Below the pieces are notes generated by a model. That model was given only the letters and a program-made list of their open reading frames with translations, did no database searches and was not told where the DNA came from. From contig JAPOSH010000196.1 of assembly GCA_026709815.1 (NCBI GenBank), positions 1-52,116 on the forward strand: a DNA stretch of 52,116 nucleotides, read 5' to 3'. The translations under genes and the position numbers were made by a program. Below, piece by piece: positions 18,071-27,207 of the stretch (its first letter is position 1; the number at the start of each line of letters is the position of its first letter). This stretch comes from a bacterium (GTDB lineage: Bacteria > Actinomycetota > Acidimicrobiia > Acidimicrobiales > Bin134).

Positions 18071-19336
18071 GTGAACTCGCGCCTCCCCGATCCCGAGGAG
18101 TTCGCCGCGGTATGTGCCGCCGACGGCGAGCTGCGCCTTGCGGTACGGCATTGGACCGGGGGGCTGCGCCTAGAGGCCGGCCGCCGATGCACGGGTTTCA
18201 CCGTCGCCGACGGCCAGATCACCGCCGGGGTGCCTGAACCCGGCGAGGGGGTTGTCACCATCACCGGTCCTGAAGAGGTCTGGGCCCCGCTGTTGGCGCC
18301 CGTGCAGCCGCGGTTCGCACAGGTCTCGGTGCTGACGGCCAGCGGCGAAGCGGGCCTTCAGCGGGGGCTCACCGACCCGCTGCTTTGGTGGCAGTACCTG
18401 CCTGCGGTGAAGCGGGCCGTGGAGCTGCTGCGGGCCCCGGGCCCAGCCGAGGAAGCGGCGATTTTGGAGACCGGCCCGGTGCCCCGCCACGACAGCCCGG
18501 TCGGGCGGTATGTCCATGTGGAGCTCGACGGGTCGGACCACCGCGTCTACTACGAAGAGGCTGGTGCGGGCATCCCTGTGTTGCTCCAGCACACCGCCGG
18601 GGCCAACAGCCTCCAGTACCGCCACCTGTTCGAGGCGCCCGAGATCACTCGCCGCTTCCGTCTGATCGCCTACGACCTGCCTTACCACGGCAAATCGGTG
18701 CCCCCGGTGCAGCAGCGCTGGTGGGAGCGCGAGTACCGGCTCGAAGGCGGCTTTCTGCGACAGGTGCCCCGGGCGCTGGCCCGGGCGCTGAATTTGGACC
18801 GGCCCGTGTTCATGGGCTGCTCGGTGGGTGGGCTGTTGGCCCTCGATTTGGCGCTTTGCCACCCCGAGGAGTTCCGGGCCGTCGTCTCCCTCGAGGGCGC
18901 GCTGCACATTCCCGGCGACCGGGAGGCGTTCTTGGGATTCTGGCATCCGCAGGTCAGCAACCACGCCAAGGCGGCGTTGATGGAGGAGCTCTGCTCTCCC
19001 ACCGCCCCGCAGCCCTACGTCAAAGAGGTGTCGCAGGTGTACGCATCGGGCTGGCCTCCCTCGTTTTGGGGCGATCTCTACTACTACCTGGCCGACTTCG
19101 ACATCCGCGACCGCGCCGGCGAGATCGACACCGATCTCACCGCAGTCCACATCATGAACGGCGAGCACGATTTCTCCGGCACGGTCACCGCCGGTCTCGA
19201 TGCTCACCGGGCCATCGCGGGATCCACGCACACGGTGATGGAAGACGTGGGGCACTTCCCCATGCAGGAGAATCCCGAGGCGTTCATCCGCTACTTGCTG
19301 CCGGTGCTCGAGCTGATCGAAGCCCGGTCGCACTGA
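18071..19336 (+). CDS. Alpha/beta-fold hydrolase with an N-terminal domain of about 140 aa and unknown function
   Basis: The C-terminal part carries IPVLLQHTAGANS...MGCSVGG (nucleophile elbow)...GHFPMQENPEAF. The start is uncertain: GTG at 18071 or TTG at 18065. The listed ORF from 16952 is a shadow-frame extension over the P450 gene. Confidence 0.75.
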   Translation: MNSRLPDPEEFAAVCAADGELRLAVRHWTGGLRLEAGRRCTGFTVADGQITAGVPEPGEGVVTITGPEEVWAPLLAPVQPRFAQVSVLTASGEAGLQRGLTDPLLWWQYLPAVKRAVELLRAPGPAEEAAILETGPVPRHDSPVGRYVHVELDGSDHRVYYEEAGAGIPVLLQHTAGANSLQYRHLFEAPEITRRFRLIAYDLPYHGKSVPPVQQRWWEREYRLEGGFLRQVPRALARALNLDRPVFMGCSVGGLLALDLALCHPEEFRAVVSLEGALHIPGDREAFLGFWHPQVSNHAKAALMEELCSPTAPQPYVKEVSQVYASGWPPSFWGDLYYYLADFDIRDRAGEIDTDLTAVHIMNGEHDFSGTVTAGLDAHRAIAGSTHTVMEDVGHFPMQENPEAFIRYLLPVLELIEARSH

Positions 19337-19358
19337 GCCAAACCAACAGGAGAAAGCC

Positions 19359-20237
19359 ATGGGAGCACAGATCGCGGGAAGGCCGGTGGTGGTCACCGGC
19401 GGGGCAAGCGGTATCGGCGCTGCCTTGGCCGTCGAGGCCGCGGCCCGGGGCGCGTCGGCGGTGGCGGTGGCAGATGTGGACGTCGAAGCCGCCGAGACCG
19501 TCGTTCGAGCCATCGTCGACAACGGCAGCGAGGCCCGGGCCTACCAATGCGACGTCACCAGCCCCGAATCGGTTGCAGAGGCGGCCGACGCGGTGGCCCG
19601 AAACCACGGCGCACCTGCGCTGGCCTGCGCCAACGCGGGCGTCATGGCCTCTCTGGCGCCCTTGCTGGAAAGCTCCCACGCCGATGCCGAGTGGACGATG
19701 AGGGTCAACGTCTTGGGCACGCTCCACACCCTCCAGAGCTTCGGGCGGCTCATGGCCACCGGCCAAGAGGCCGGATGGCTCATGGCCACCGGCTCTGAGC
19801 ACTCCGTGGGCGTTCCCCACGTCGGCGCCGGGGCCTACACCGCCTCCAAGCACGCCGTGCTCGCCCTGTGCGACGTGCTGCGAGGCGAGCTGCCGCCCCA
19901 TGTGGGCATCAGCGTGGTGTGCCCCGGCCTCACCGCCAGCCGGCTGTGGGACTCAACCCGCCATCGCCCCGGCCAATACGGGGGCGCGGCCGACAGCGAC
20001 CCGGCCGCTGGGATGCTCATGGAGCAGAAGGGGATGAGCGCCGCCACCGTGGCCCAGAGGGCCTTCGACGGGGCGGCCGCAGGCCGTTTCTTGATCCCCA
20101 CCCACTACCACATCCGGCACTATGCCCAGCGGCGGGCCGATGAGCTGGCCGAGGCGTTCGAGCTCCTCTCGGCCATCGACACCACCGACTACGACCTCGC
20201 CACCGTTGTGGCCCAATTCCAATCCGAGTCCGGCTAG
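19359..20237 (+). CDS. SDR family oxidoreductase
   Basis: VVTGGASGIGAA and YTASKHAV (YxxxK). It contains an in-frame 30-nt tandem duplication (see findings). Confidence 0.85.
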   Translation: MGAQIAGRPVVVTGGASGIGAALAVEAAARGASAVAVADVDVEAAETVVRAIVDNGSEARAYQCDVTSPESVAEAADAVARNHGAPALACANAGVMASLAPLLESSHADAEWTMRVNVLGTLHTLQSFGRLMATGQEAGWLMATGSEHSVGVPHVGAGAYTASKHAVLALCDVLRGELPPHVGISVVCPGLTASRLWDSTRHRPGQYGGAADSDPAAGMLMEQKGMSAATVAQRAFDGAAAGRFLIPTHYHIRHYAQRRADELAEAFELLSAIDTTDYDLATVVAQFQSESG

Positions 20238-20372
20238 CGCGGGAGCGGCGACGGGCCTCTCGCGGCGGCCGCGGTGCCCGAATCTCGATCCTGGCCGGTT
20301 TTCGGCCCGCCGCGTCACCGGATCGGGCTAGCCTGGCGTTGGAATGCGAGCTTCAGGGGATAGAGGTCGAAG

Positions 20373-21662
20373 ATGGAACTAGATGAACTGATCTTGGTCA
20401 GCGTGGACGACCATGTGGTCGAGCCCCCCGACCTGTTCGAAGGGCGCCTGTCGCGGGCGGCTGCGGATCGGGCACCCTACGTGGCCAGGCTTGAAGGCGG
20501 GCGGGACGCGTGGGTGTTCGACGGCGATCCTCTGCCCAGCGTGGGGCTCAACGCCGTCGCCGGCCGCGTGCCCGAGGAGTACGGCCTCGACGCCACCTCG
20601 TTCGACGAGATGCGAGCGGGCTGCTATGACGTTCACGAGCGCATACGCGACATGAACGTGAACGGCGTGCTGGGCTCGATGAACTTCCCCAGCCTCACCG
20701 GCTTCTGCGGCCAGCTCTTCTACTCCTGCGACGACAAGGCGGTGGCGCTCGAGCTGCTGAGGGCCTACAACGATTGGCACATCGAGGATTGGTGCGGCGC
20801 TTACCCGGGGCGGATGATCCCGCTCGCCATCCCGCCGCTGTGGGATCCGCTCTTGATGGCCGCGGAGGTTCACCGGGTGAGCGCCAAGGGCTGCCACGCC
20901 GTCACGTTCAGCGAGAACCCCGAGAAGCTGGGTTTGCCGAGCCTCCACAGCGATCACTGGGATCCCTTCTGGGAGGCGTGTTGCGATGCCGAGACGGTGG
21001 TCAACATGCACATCGGCTCTTCATCGCAGATGGTACAGACCTCTTCCGACGCTCCGATCGACACCCTCATGACGCTTCAGCCGATGAACATCGTGCTGTG
21101 CGCCACAGATCTGGTGTGGTCGCCGGTCTTGCGGAAGTACCCCGATCTCAGGATTGCGCTGTCCGAGGGGGGAATCGGCTGGATCCCGTACTTCTTGGAG
21201 CGCATCGACTACACCTACGCGCACCATCACCGCTGGACCAATCAGGACTTCGGCGGTCTGCGGCCCAGCGAAGTCTTCAACCGGAACGTCCTCACCTGCT
21301 TCATCGACGACGCGGTCGGGGTGGAGACCAGGCACCACCTCAACATCGACCACATCCACTGGGAGTGCGACTACCCCCACTCCGACTCCTCATGGCCCAA
21401 TGCCCCCGAGACGGTGATGAGGTACCTTCAAGGTCTTCCCGACGAACAGATCAACAAGATCACCCACCTCAACGCGATGAGCAATTTCTCTTATGACCCG
21501 TTCGCCCATATCCCGCGCCAGGACTGCACCGTCGGTGCGCTGCGGGCCCAGGCCGCCGACGTGGATACCACATTGGTCTCCTATGGCACCGCGAAGTTCC
21601 AAGCCGAGGGCATCGTCACCGCGGTGACGCTGGCCGAGCGGATGGCGTCCCAACACCGATAG
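20373..21662 (+). CDS. Amidohydrolase-2 (ACMSD-like) family metal-dependent hydrolase
   Basis: The N-terminal ILVSVDDHVVEPPDLF and internal HWECDYPHSD motifs are typical of actinobacterial amidohydrolase family proteins. Confidence 0.75.
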   Translation: MELDELILVSVDDHVVEPPDLFEGRLSRAAADRAPYVARLEGGRDAWVFDGDPLPSVGLNAVAGRVPEEYGLDATSFDEMRAGCYDVHERIRDMNVNGVLGSMNFPSLTGFCGQLFYSCDDKAVALELLRAYNDWHIEDWCGAYPGRMIPLAIPPLWDPLLMAAEVHRVSAKGCHAVTFSENPEKLGLPSLHSDHWDPFWEACCDAETVVNMHIGSSSQMVQTSSDAPIDTLMTLQPMNIVLCATDLVWSPVLRKYPDLRIALSEGGIGWIPYFLERIDYTYAHHHRWTNQDFGGLRPSEVFNRNVLTCFIDDAVGVETRHHLNIDHIHWECDYPHSDSSWPNAPETVMRYLQGLPDEQINKITHLNAMSNFSYDPFAHIPRQDCTVGALRAQAADVDTTLVSYGTAKFQAEGIVTAVTLAERMASQHR

Positions 21663-21678
21663 CAAAGGGGGAGACCCG

Positions 21679-22584
21679 ATGGCAGATTACGATTTCATCA
21701 CCTACGAGAGCCTCAGCGCAGGACGGGTGGTCCGCATCATGATGAACCGGCCCGATGCCCGCAACGCGCAGAACCGCGGCCTCCTCGTGGAGTTGGACGA
21801 CGCCTTCATGCGAGCCGAGCGCGACGACGACGTGCGCGTGGTGATCCTGGGCGGGAACGGCAAGATGTTCTCCTCGGGCCACGACATGGGCTCAAAGGTG
21901 GCCCTCGAGGAGTACGCCACGCACCCGACGCGGTTCATCAACGGCGGGAGCCGGGTCGGCACCGAGAGCATGGTGCTGCAGGAGTGGCACTACTACTTCC
22001 AGAACACGCTTCGATGGCGGAACCTCCGCAAGATCACGGTGGCCCAAGTGCACGGTCCGGTCTACTCCGCGGGGCTGATGCTGGCGTGGTGCTGCGACCT
22101 GATCGTCGCGGCCGACGACACGACCTTCGCCGATGTGGTCGGCACCCGGCTGGGCATGGCCGGGGTGGAGTACTACGCCCATCCCTGGGAGTTCGGTCCC
22201 CGCAAGGCCAAGGAGCTGATGCTCACCGGCGATTCCCTGGATGCCGATGAGGCCCACCGGCTGGGGATGGTGAGCAAAGTGTTCCCGCGCCAGGAGCTCG
22301 CAGAGCGCACGGTGGAGTTCGCCGAGCGGATCGCGGTTGTGCCCACGTCCGCCGCGCTGCTGATCAAGGAGTCGGTCAACCAGACGATGGACGCGATGGG
22401 CTTCACCAATGCCCTCCAGTCGTGCTTCACGATTCACCAACTCAACCACGCCCACTGGGCGTCGATCTCCAACGGCCAGCGGCAAGTGGGCGTGGCCGAG
22501 TTCGACGAGGGAGTCCAAGACTGGCGCACCGCACCTCCCGTGCAACCCGCTCAGAAGTCCGAAGTCGGCGGCAAACCCGCCTGA
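21679..22584 (+). CDS. Enoyl-CoA hydratase/isomerase (crotonase) family protein
   Basis: VVRIMMNRPDARNAQN...GNGKMFSSGHD...AQVHGPVYSAGLMLAWCCDL is the crotonase fold signature. Confidence 0.85.
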   Translation: MADYDFITYESLSAGRVVRIMMNRPDARNAQNRGLLVELDDAFMRAERDDDVRVVILGGNGKMFSSGHDMGSKVALEEYATHPTRFINGGSRVGTESMVLQEWHYYFQNTLRWRNLRKITVAQVHGPVYSAGLMLAWCCDLIVAADDTTFADVVGTRLGMAGVEYYAHPWEFGPRKAKELMLTGDSLDADEAHRLGMVSKVFPRQELAERTVEFAERIAVVPTSAALLIKESVNQTMDAMGFTNALQSCFTIHQLNHAHWASISNGQRQVGVAEFDEGVQDWRTAPPVQPAQKSEVGGKPA

Positions 22585-22703
22585 GCCCATTCGCTAGCCC
22601 AATCACAACCCGCAACCGGCGGAGTTCATCCCTTTCTAAGAGGGTGCGCGGATAGGCGGCGTCGTTTTTGGCCGGTTTTAGCTCGGCGGTTCAGCCCGGC
22701 GGT

Positions 22704-23176
22704 TCAGCTGAGCAGCACGGGGATGGCCTGGTCGGGCTGCCAGTTGGTGGTTCCGGTGTCGGGGAATGGGTCGGGCGGTGGTGCGACGCGGTGTTTGCCG
22801 GTTTGGGGGTCGGTTTTGATTTGGTGGTGGTGTTCGTGGATGTCGTGGTGGCAGTCGTTGCAGACGGTGACGAGGTTGGGGTAGTCGGTGTTGCCGCCGT
22901 TTTGCCAATGGTCGATGTGGTGGGCGAAGCTGCGGTTGGCGTCGGCCCCGCATGGCGCTTCACCGTTTTCGCCAGCTCGTCGTAGGTCTGGGTCTTGGCC
23001 GCCTCCACCAGTTCGGCCTCGCCGATCGGCCCCTCAGACGACGCCCGGGCGATCAGCCGGGCATGCTCAGCGGGCACCTCCCCCGATGCCAGAGCCTCAG
23101 AAGTCGCCACCAGCCCAGCCAGCCGCTCGGCCGCCTTCACATCGTTATACGCCCGCGACGGAGACGACCGCAGCAC
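22704..23176 (-). pseudogene. HNH endonuclease (DUF222 / 13E12-repeat type) remnant with internal deletion and frameshift
   Basis: The frame of ORF 22691..23176 begins with a DUF222-like piece (...ALASGEVPAEHARLIARA...TYDELAKTVKRH) and then degenerates into T/P-rich low complexity. A different minus-strand frame over about 22704-22950 reads CGADANRSFAHHIDHWQNGGNTDYPNLVTVCNDCHHDIHEHHHQIKTD...PVLLS*, a clean HNH motif. The two halves are therefore out of frame, and most of DUF222 is missing. Confidence 0.7.
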
Positions 23177-23288
23177 CTCCCGGGCTACCCGCTTGTTCGC
23201 TGCTGTAGGTGAAGAGCGCTTGTCCGCCCTTGCCGTCTGAGACGGTTCCAGCCCGCTCGCCGTGGATGGAGACTTCGAGATCAGCCAT
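23145..23288 (-). pseudogene. hipA-like toxin N-terminal stump (47 codons)
   Basis: The ATG at 23288 overlaps the stop of the upstream HTH gene. MADLEVSIHGERAGTVSDGKGGQALFTYSSEQ... resembles the HipA N-terminal (couple_hipA) beta-strand region. It terminates after 47 aa at the junction with the HNH remnant. Confidence 0.45.
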
Positions 23289-23601
23289 CGCCCATGATCG
23301 TTTTCAGGTGGTCTTCGAGCCTGAACCTGGTGTGGTCCACGGGATGCACTTCCATCTCGCAGTCGAGACTTCTCAGCAAAGCGATGAGCGTCGACGCTTT
23401 CGGGTCAGCCCTGGCTGACTCAATGGCGGATATCTGGGGTCGGGCGACACCGGACTTCTTGGACAGCTCGGCTTGGGTCCAGCCGAGCTCTTTGCGGGCT
23501 TGTCGGATAGCCTGCCCCAATCGGGGCCCGGAGGTGATGGCTCGGCTGGGACGCCGACCTATTTCAGCGTCGCCCCCCAGCCGTTTTTCTGTAGCCTTCA
23601 C
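23281..23601 (-). CDS. XRE-family helix-turn-helix protein (HipB-like antitoxin candidate)
   Basis: LGQAIRQARKELGWTQAELSKKSGVARPQISAIESARADPKASTLIALLRSL is a classic Cro/C1 HTH_3 domain. Confidence 0.8.
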   Translation of the reverse strand: MKATEKRLGGDAEIGRRPSRAITSGPRLGQAIRQARKELGWTQAELSKKSGVARPQISAIESARADPKASTLIALLRSLDCEMEVHPVDHTRFRLEDHLKTIMGDG

Positions 23602-23704
23602 GCTACAAGCATAGCGGATTGGCAGAATGTCGCCTGCGGCTTACACGACGCTCGATCTGCCTCGCAGCCAGCAGCGTTACAGCTGGCATCGTGCATAGCC
23701 CGAT

Positions 23705-23728
23705 CAGGCGTTCATCTGAGAACGCCTG
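23705..23728 (-). other. 9-bp stem-loop immediately 3' of tRNA-Glu
   Basis: CAGGCGTTC (23705-23713) pairs with GAACGCCTG (23720-23728) around a 6-nt loop. No U-tract follows, so it is not a canonical intrinsic terminator. Confidence 0.4.
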
Positions 23729-23732
23729 GAAG

Positions 23733-23805
23733 CACCCCCAACGGGATTCGAACCCGTGTTACCGCCTTGAAAGGGCGGCGTCCTAGGCCGCTGGACGATG
23801 GGGGC
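23733..23805 (-). tRNA. tRNA-Glu (anticodon UUC)
   Basis: The minus strand reads GCCCCCATCGTCCAGCGGCCTAGGACGCCGCCCTTTCAAGGCGGTAACACGGGTTCGAATCCCGTTGGGGGTG. This is a 73-nt cloverleaf with anticodon loop CTTTCAA and T-loop GGTTCGAATCC. CCA is not encoded. Confidence 0.93.
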
Positions 23806-23902
23806 TCTCGGTCTGCGGAGGCGAGGCTACGGTAGCAGCCCTCCCCGGCGGAACCGCATCGAAAAACGGATATGATGCTCCCGAGCGCGAAAGGGGCGCA
23901 AG

Positions 23903-24376
23903 GTGGAGAACGAAGTCTGGCGCTGGCTTTGGACCGGCGCCGCAGTGGTCTTCTCGCTGGCCGAGGTGTTCACCGCCGGGTTTTTCCTGCTCCCCTTCGC
24001 CATTGGAGCAGCGGCCGCCGCGGTTTTGGCCTGGGTGGACGCCCACGTCCTGCTGCAGTGGCTGGCCTTCTTCGCGGTCTCCGCGGTGAGCTTCGTCGTT
24101 TTGCGCCGCTTCGTCCGCCGCCAGAACGATGTAGAGCAGCCCCGGGTGGGCGCGTTCCGCCTCATCGACGCCCAGGGCAGGATCATCGAGCGGGTGGACG
24201 AGGACGAGATGACCGGGATGGTGCGAATCGGCGGTGAGCAGTGGCGGGCCGCCTCCAGCGAGGTCATCGAGGAGGGCACCCGGGTGGTGGTCACCGAGAT
24301 CGACGGCACCCGCCTGGTGGTGGCCCCCATTCCTCGAGAGCAAGTCTCAGAGAACTCCGAGAACACAGAAAGCTAG
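23903..24376 (+). CDS. NfeD-family membrane protein
   Basis: Two or three N-terminal TM helices followed by a C-terminal OB-fold-like region (GMVRIGGEQWRAASSEVIEEGTRVVVTEIDGTRLVV). It sits directly upstream of an SPFH gene, the usual pairing. Confidence 0.8.
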   Translation: MENEVWRWLWTGAAVVFSLAEVFTAGFFLLPFAIGAAAAAVLAWVDAHVLLQWLAFFAVSAVSFVVLRRFVRRQNDVEQPRVGAFRLIDAQGRIIERVDEDEMTGMVRIGGEQWRAASSEVIEEGTRVVVTEIDGTRLVVAPIPREQVSENSENTES

Positions 24377-24385
24377 GTAGAACCC

Positions 24386-25324
24386 ATGGAACCCGTTATC
24401 GCCCTGTTCGCCATCATCGCCCTTGCGCTCATCCTCATCGCCGCGCTGGGAATCCGCATCATCCGGCCCTATGAGCGAGGCCTCATCGAGATGCTGGGCC
24501 GCTACCAGCGCACGGTGGACTCCGGTCTGCGGTGGATCCTCCCGTTCGTCCAGCGCCTGAGCAAGGTGGACATGCGAGAGCGGGTCATCGACGTGCCTCC
24601 CCAGGAGGTCATCACCAAGGACAACGTGGTGGTCACGGTGGACGCGGTGATCTTCTTCGAGGCCACCGACCCGGTGAAGCTCAAGTACAACGTGGGCAAT
24701 TTCCAGCTCGCGGTCACCAAGCTGGCCCAGACCAACCTCCGCAACGTGGTCGGCGACCTCGACCTCGATGCCGCCCTCACCTCCCGAGAGCTGATCAACG
24801 GCAAGCTGCGCCAGATCCTCGACGACGCCACCGACAAATGGGGCACCAGAGTGGTTCGGGTTGAGATCCAGCGCATCGAGCCGCCCCCCGATGTGACCGA
24901 GGCCATGCACCGCCAGATGAAGGCCGAGCGGGACCGGCGGGCCATCGTGACCGAGGCCGAGGGCGAGAAGCGGTCGGCCATCTTGCGCTCGGAGGGCCAA
25001 AAGGAAAGCCAGATCCTCGAGGCCGAGGGCGAGGCCGAGGCCATCAAGCGGGTGGCCGACGCGGAGCGCTACCAGTTCGAGACGGTGGCCCAGGGCGAGT
25101 CCAGAGCCATCGAGCTGCTGTTCAACGCCATACACGCCGGCGATCCCACTCCCGACCTGATTGCGATCCGCTACCTGGAGGCGTTGAAGAACGTGGCTGA
25201 CGGCAACGCCACCAAGATCTTCTTGCCCCTCGACACCAGCGGCCTCACCAACGCCGTGGCCTCCCTGTCCGAGATCGCCCGAGCAGGCCAGGGCTCCCCG
25301 GCCGTCCGGGAGGCTGAGGAGTAG
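24386..25324 (+). CDS. SPFH/Band 7 (stomatin-like) protein
   Basis: N-terminal TM helix, then [21 protein letters not shown]...[13 protein letters not shown]...[10 protein letters not shown] and a coiled-coil region. Confidence 0.9.
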   Translation: MEPVIALFAIIALALILIAALGIRIIRPYERGLIEMLGRYQRTVDSGLRWILPFVQRLSKVDMRERVIDVPPQEVITKDNVVVTVDAVIFFEATDPVKLKYNVGNFQLAVTKLAQTNLRNVVGDLDLDAALTSRELINGKLRQILDDATDKWGTRVVRVEIQRIEPPPDVTEAMHRQMKAERDRRAIVTEAEGEKRSAILRSEGQKESQILEAEGEAEAIKRVADAERYQFETVAQGESRAIELLFNAIHAGDPTPDLIAIRYLEALKNVADGNATKIFLPLDTSGLTNAVASLSEIARAGQGSPAVREAEE

Positions 25325-25328
25325 CGCG

Positions 25329-25805
25329 CTACAGCTCCGTGGCCGATGCCTCCACCAGATGCTCCAATAGCCAGCCCAGGTACCAGTAGGCCGCCCGGGC
25401 CGCCGATTCGGGATCGGCGCCCTCCGCATCGTCGAACTCGTCGTCCTCGGAGACGTCCAGCCGGGTTCCCAGCACCAGCCGGATGTCGTTGACCGCGCCC
25501 ATCCACGCCGCGAGCTGCTCCCGGTCCAATACCGTGGCCTCGACCAGCTCGGTCACCGCGGCCAAACGAGACCTCCGTTTGGCCACCAGCTCGTCTCGCA
25601 CCATCTCCCGGAACTCGGCCTCGGCTTCGGGATCGTCGGGCCGAGCGGTGGGGAACAGCCGGATCAAGATCTCATCGCCGGGATCGTCGGCCAGCAGTCC
25701 CTCCAAATCGGCGACGATGGCCGCGAGCACCGCCCGCTCCTGCGCCGCCAGCTCCAGGCGAAAGGTGCCGTCCCCATTGGGTCTGATCGGCTGGCGGGGG
25801 GCCAT
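25329..25805 (-). CDS. DUF2017-family protein (ClpS-associated)
   Basis: The ATG at 25805 opens FRLELAAQERAVLAAIVADLEGLL...RLFPTA...EAEAEFREMVRDEL...WMGAVNDIRLVLGTRL, the DUF2017 pattern. The gene lies downstream of clpS, as in other Actinomycetota. Confidence 0.7.
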   Translation of the reverse strand: MAPRQPIRPNGDGTFRLELAAQERAVLAAIVADLEGLLADDPGDEILIRLFPTARPDDPEAEAEFREMVRDELVAKRRSRLAAVTELVEATVLDREQLAAWMGAVNDIRLVLGTRLDVSEDDEFDDAEGADPESAARAAYWYLGWLLEHLVEASATEL

Positions 25806-25866
25806 CAGGCTCTCGCCCTCGACGGGCGCCCAGAGGCCGCAGCGGGCCGGTCGGACGGCGCGGGCA

Positions 25867-26175
25867 TCAGTCGTCGTGCTCCATGGTGGCCCACAGACCG
25901 TGCTCGTGCAGCCGGAAGACATCCATTTCCGCCTTCTCCTTGGGGCCGTCCGACACCACCGCCCGCCCCTTGTGGTGGACGTCCAGCATGAGCCGGGTGG
26001 CCTTCTCCTTGCTGTAGCCGAACAGCTTCTGGAGCACGAAGGTCACATACGACATCAGGTTGATCGGGTCGTTCCACACGATCACCTTCCACGGCCGGTC
26101 GGCCCGAACGTCGACGGCGTCGTCGGACTCCAGTACTTCGCCGGGGGCGATCTCCACCGGAGCGGCGGGGGTCAT
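25867..26175 (-). CDS. clpS: ATP-dependent Clp protease adaptor ClpS
   Basis: [46 protein letters not shown] is the ClpS core. The ATG at 26175 overlaps the ctaA stop as ATGA. Confidence 0.92.
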   Translation of the reverse strand: MTPAAPVEIAPGEVLESDDAVDVRADRPWKVIVWNDPINLMSYVTFVLQKLFGYSKEKATRLMLDVHHKGRAVVSDGPKEKAEMDVFRLHEHGLWATMEHDD

Positions 26176-27074
26176 GCCGGTACCGCCGGGGCGAACTCGG
26201 TCTCGGCCCGCATCAGCGGGCCTCTGGCGTTGAGCCAGAAGAACACGGTGGTAACCCACAGCCCGGCGGCGCCCGCGATGTGCGCGCCCACCAGCAAGAC
26301 CGGCACCCCGGTGAAGTACTGCACATAGCCGATCAGCCCTTGGGCCAGGGCCACCACCAGCATGGTCCGGCCCCACCACTGGACCTGCTCGGCGGCGCCC
26401 TGCTGACGCAGCCACCACACCGCACCGGACAACGCCAAAAGCAGCGCCACCACTGTGGCGCCGTGGATTCGGGCTACATCCCTCACCGCCACATCGATGC
26501 GCTCGGCATCCTCGTCGCCACTGTGGGGCCCCGCGCCGGTGACAACGGTGCCGGTGACGACCACCACCGAGGTGAGCGCCGCCACCGCGTTGCCCAGCCA
26601 ATGGGGGCGGCCCGCAGGGCGCCCGTCTTGCTCTGATGCCCGCCATAGCAGCACCACCGCGTTCCACAGCAGCACCATCGACAGCAAGAAGTGGCCGATC
26701 ACCAGCGCCGGGGGCAGTTCGTAGAGCACTACCAGGCCGCCCAGCACAATCTGGGCCAGGACCCCGGCCACCAAACCCCACGACAGCCACACCAGGTCGG
26801 CCCGGCGGGGCACCCGCCAGTGAGACCCCAGCACGGCGGCGATGACGATGGCCGATACCAGTCCGGTGATGAGCCGGTTGATGAACTCGATCATGGCGTG
26901 GGTCTCCAGCGGCGCCACCAGCTGATCGTTGTCGCACGCCGGCCAGTCAGGGCAGCCCAGCCCCGACCCGGTGAGCCGGACTGCGCCCCCGCTCACGATG
27001 ATCAAGGCCAGAAGGGCCAGTGCCCAGACCGTGATCTTGCGATAGGAGGCGGGGGAGACCCGGGGCTGGATCAC
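26172..27074 (-). CDS. ctaA: Heme A synthase (COX15/CtaA family)
   Basis: [19 protein letters not shown]...HAMIEFINR... with paired His-containing helices. The start is uncertain: GTG at 27074 is preferred, since the longest ORF reaches 27209 and would overlap ctaB. Confidence 0.85.
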   Translation of the reverse strand: MIQPRVSPASYRKITVWALALLALIIVSGGAVRLTGSGLGCPDWPACDNDQLVAPLETHAMIEFINRLITGLVSAIVIAAVLGSHWRVPRRADLVWLSWGLVAGVLAQIVLGGLVVLYELPPALVIGHFLLSMVLLWNAVVLLWRASEQDGRPAGRPHWLGNAVAALTSVVVVTGTVVTGAGPHSGDEDAERIDVAVRDVARIHGATVVALLLALSGAVWWLRQQGAAEQVQWWGRTMLVVALAQGLIGYVQYFTGVPVLLVGAHIAGAAGLWVTTVFFWLNARGPLMRAETEFAPAVPA

Positions 27075-27207
27075 GCCTGGAATTGTACGGGTCGCCCCCG
27101 CAAGACCGTTATCTGGGCCCGGCGATTTTGAAAGTCGACTGCCAGGGCGTCGGCGCCTTCTGGATACCTTGGCCTGCCCAGCGCCGAAACCGTACTCTGT
27201 GCTGGTC

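Noticed and set aside
22585-22703. A search for a direct repeat of the tRNA-Glu 3' end (an att site) at the far boundary of the islet.
   Set aside because: Only vague similarity (ACCCGCAACC vs ACCCCCAACG). It is not convincing without a computed alignment.
22678-23176. The T/P-rich (PTPTAASPTTSTIGKTAATPTTPTSS...) and R/P-rich readings over 22678-22953 considered as possible repeat or cell-wall proteins.
   Set aside because: They are wrong-frame readings of an HNH nuclease domain that is clean in the third frame, so the low complexity is a frameshift artefact.
26176-26937. The long N-terminal extension of the clpS ORF (25867..26937).
   Set aside because: It overlaps ctaA in another frame. 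The ClpS core starts at the ATG at 26175, which is ATGA-coupled to the ctaA stop.
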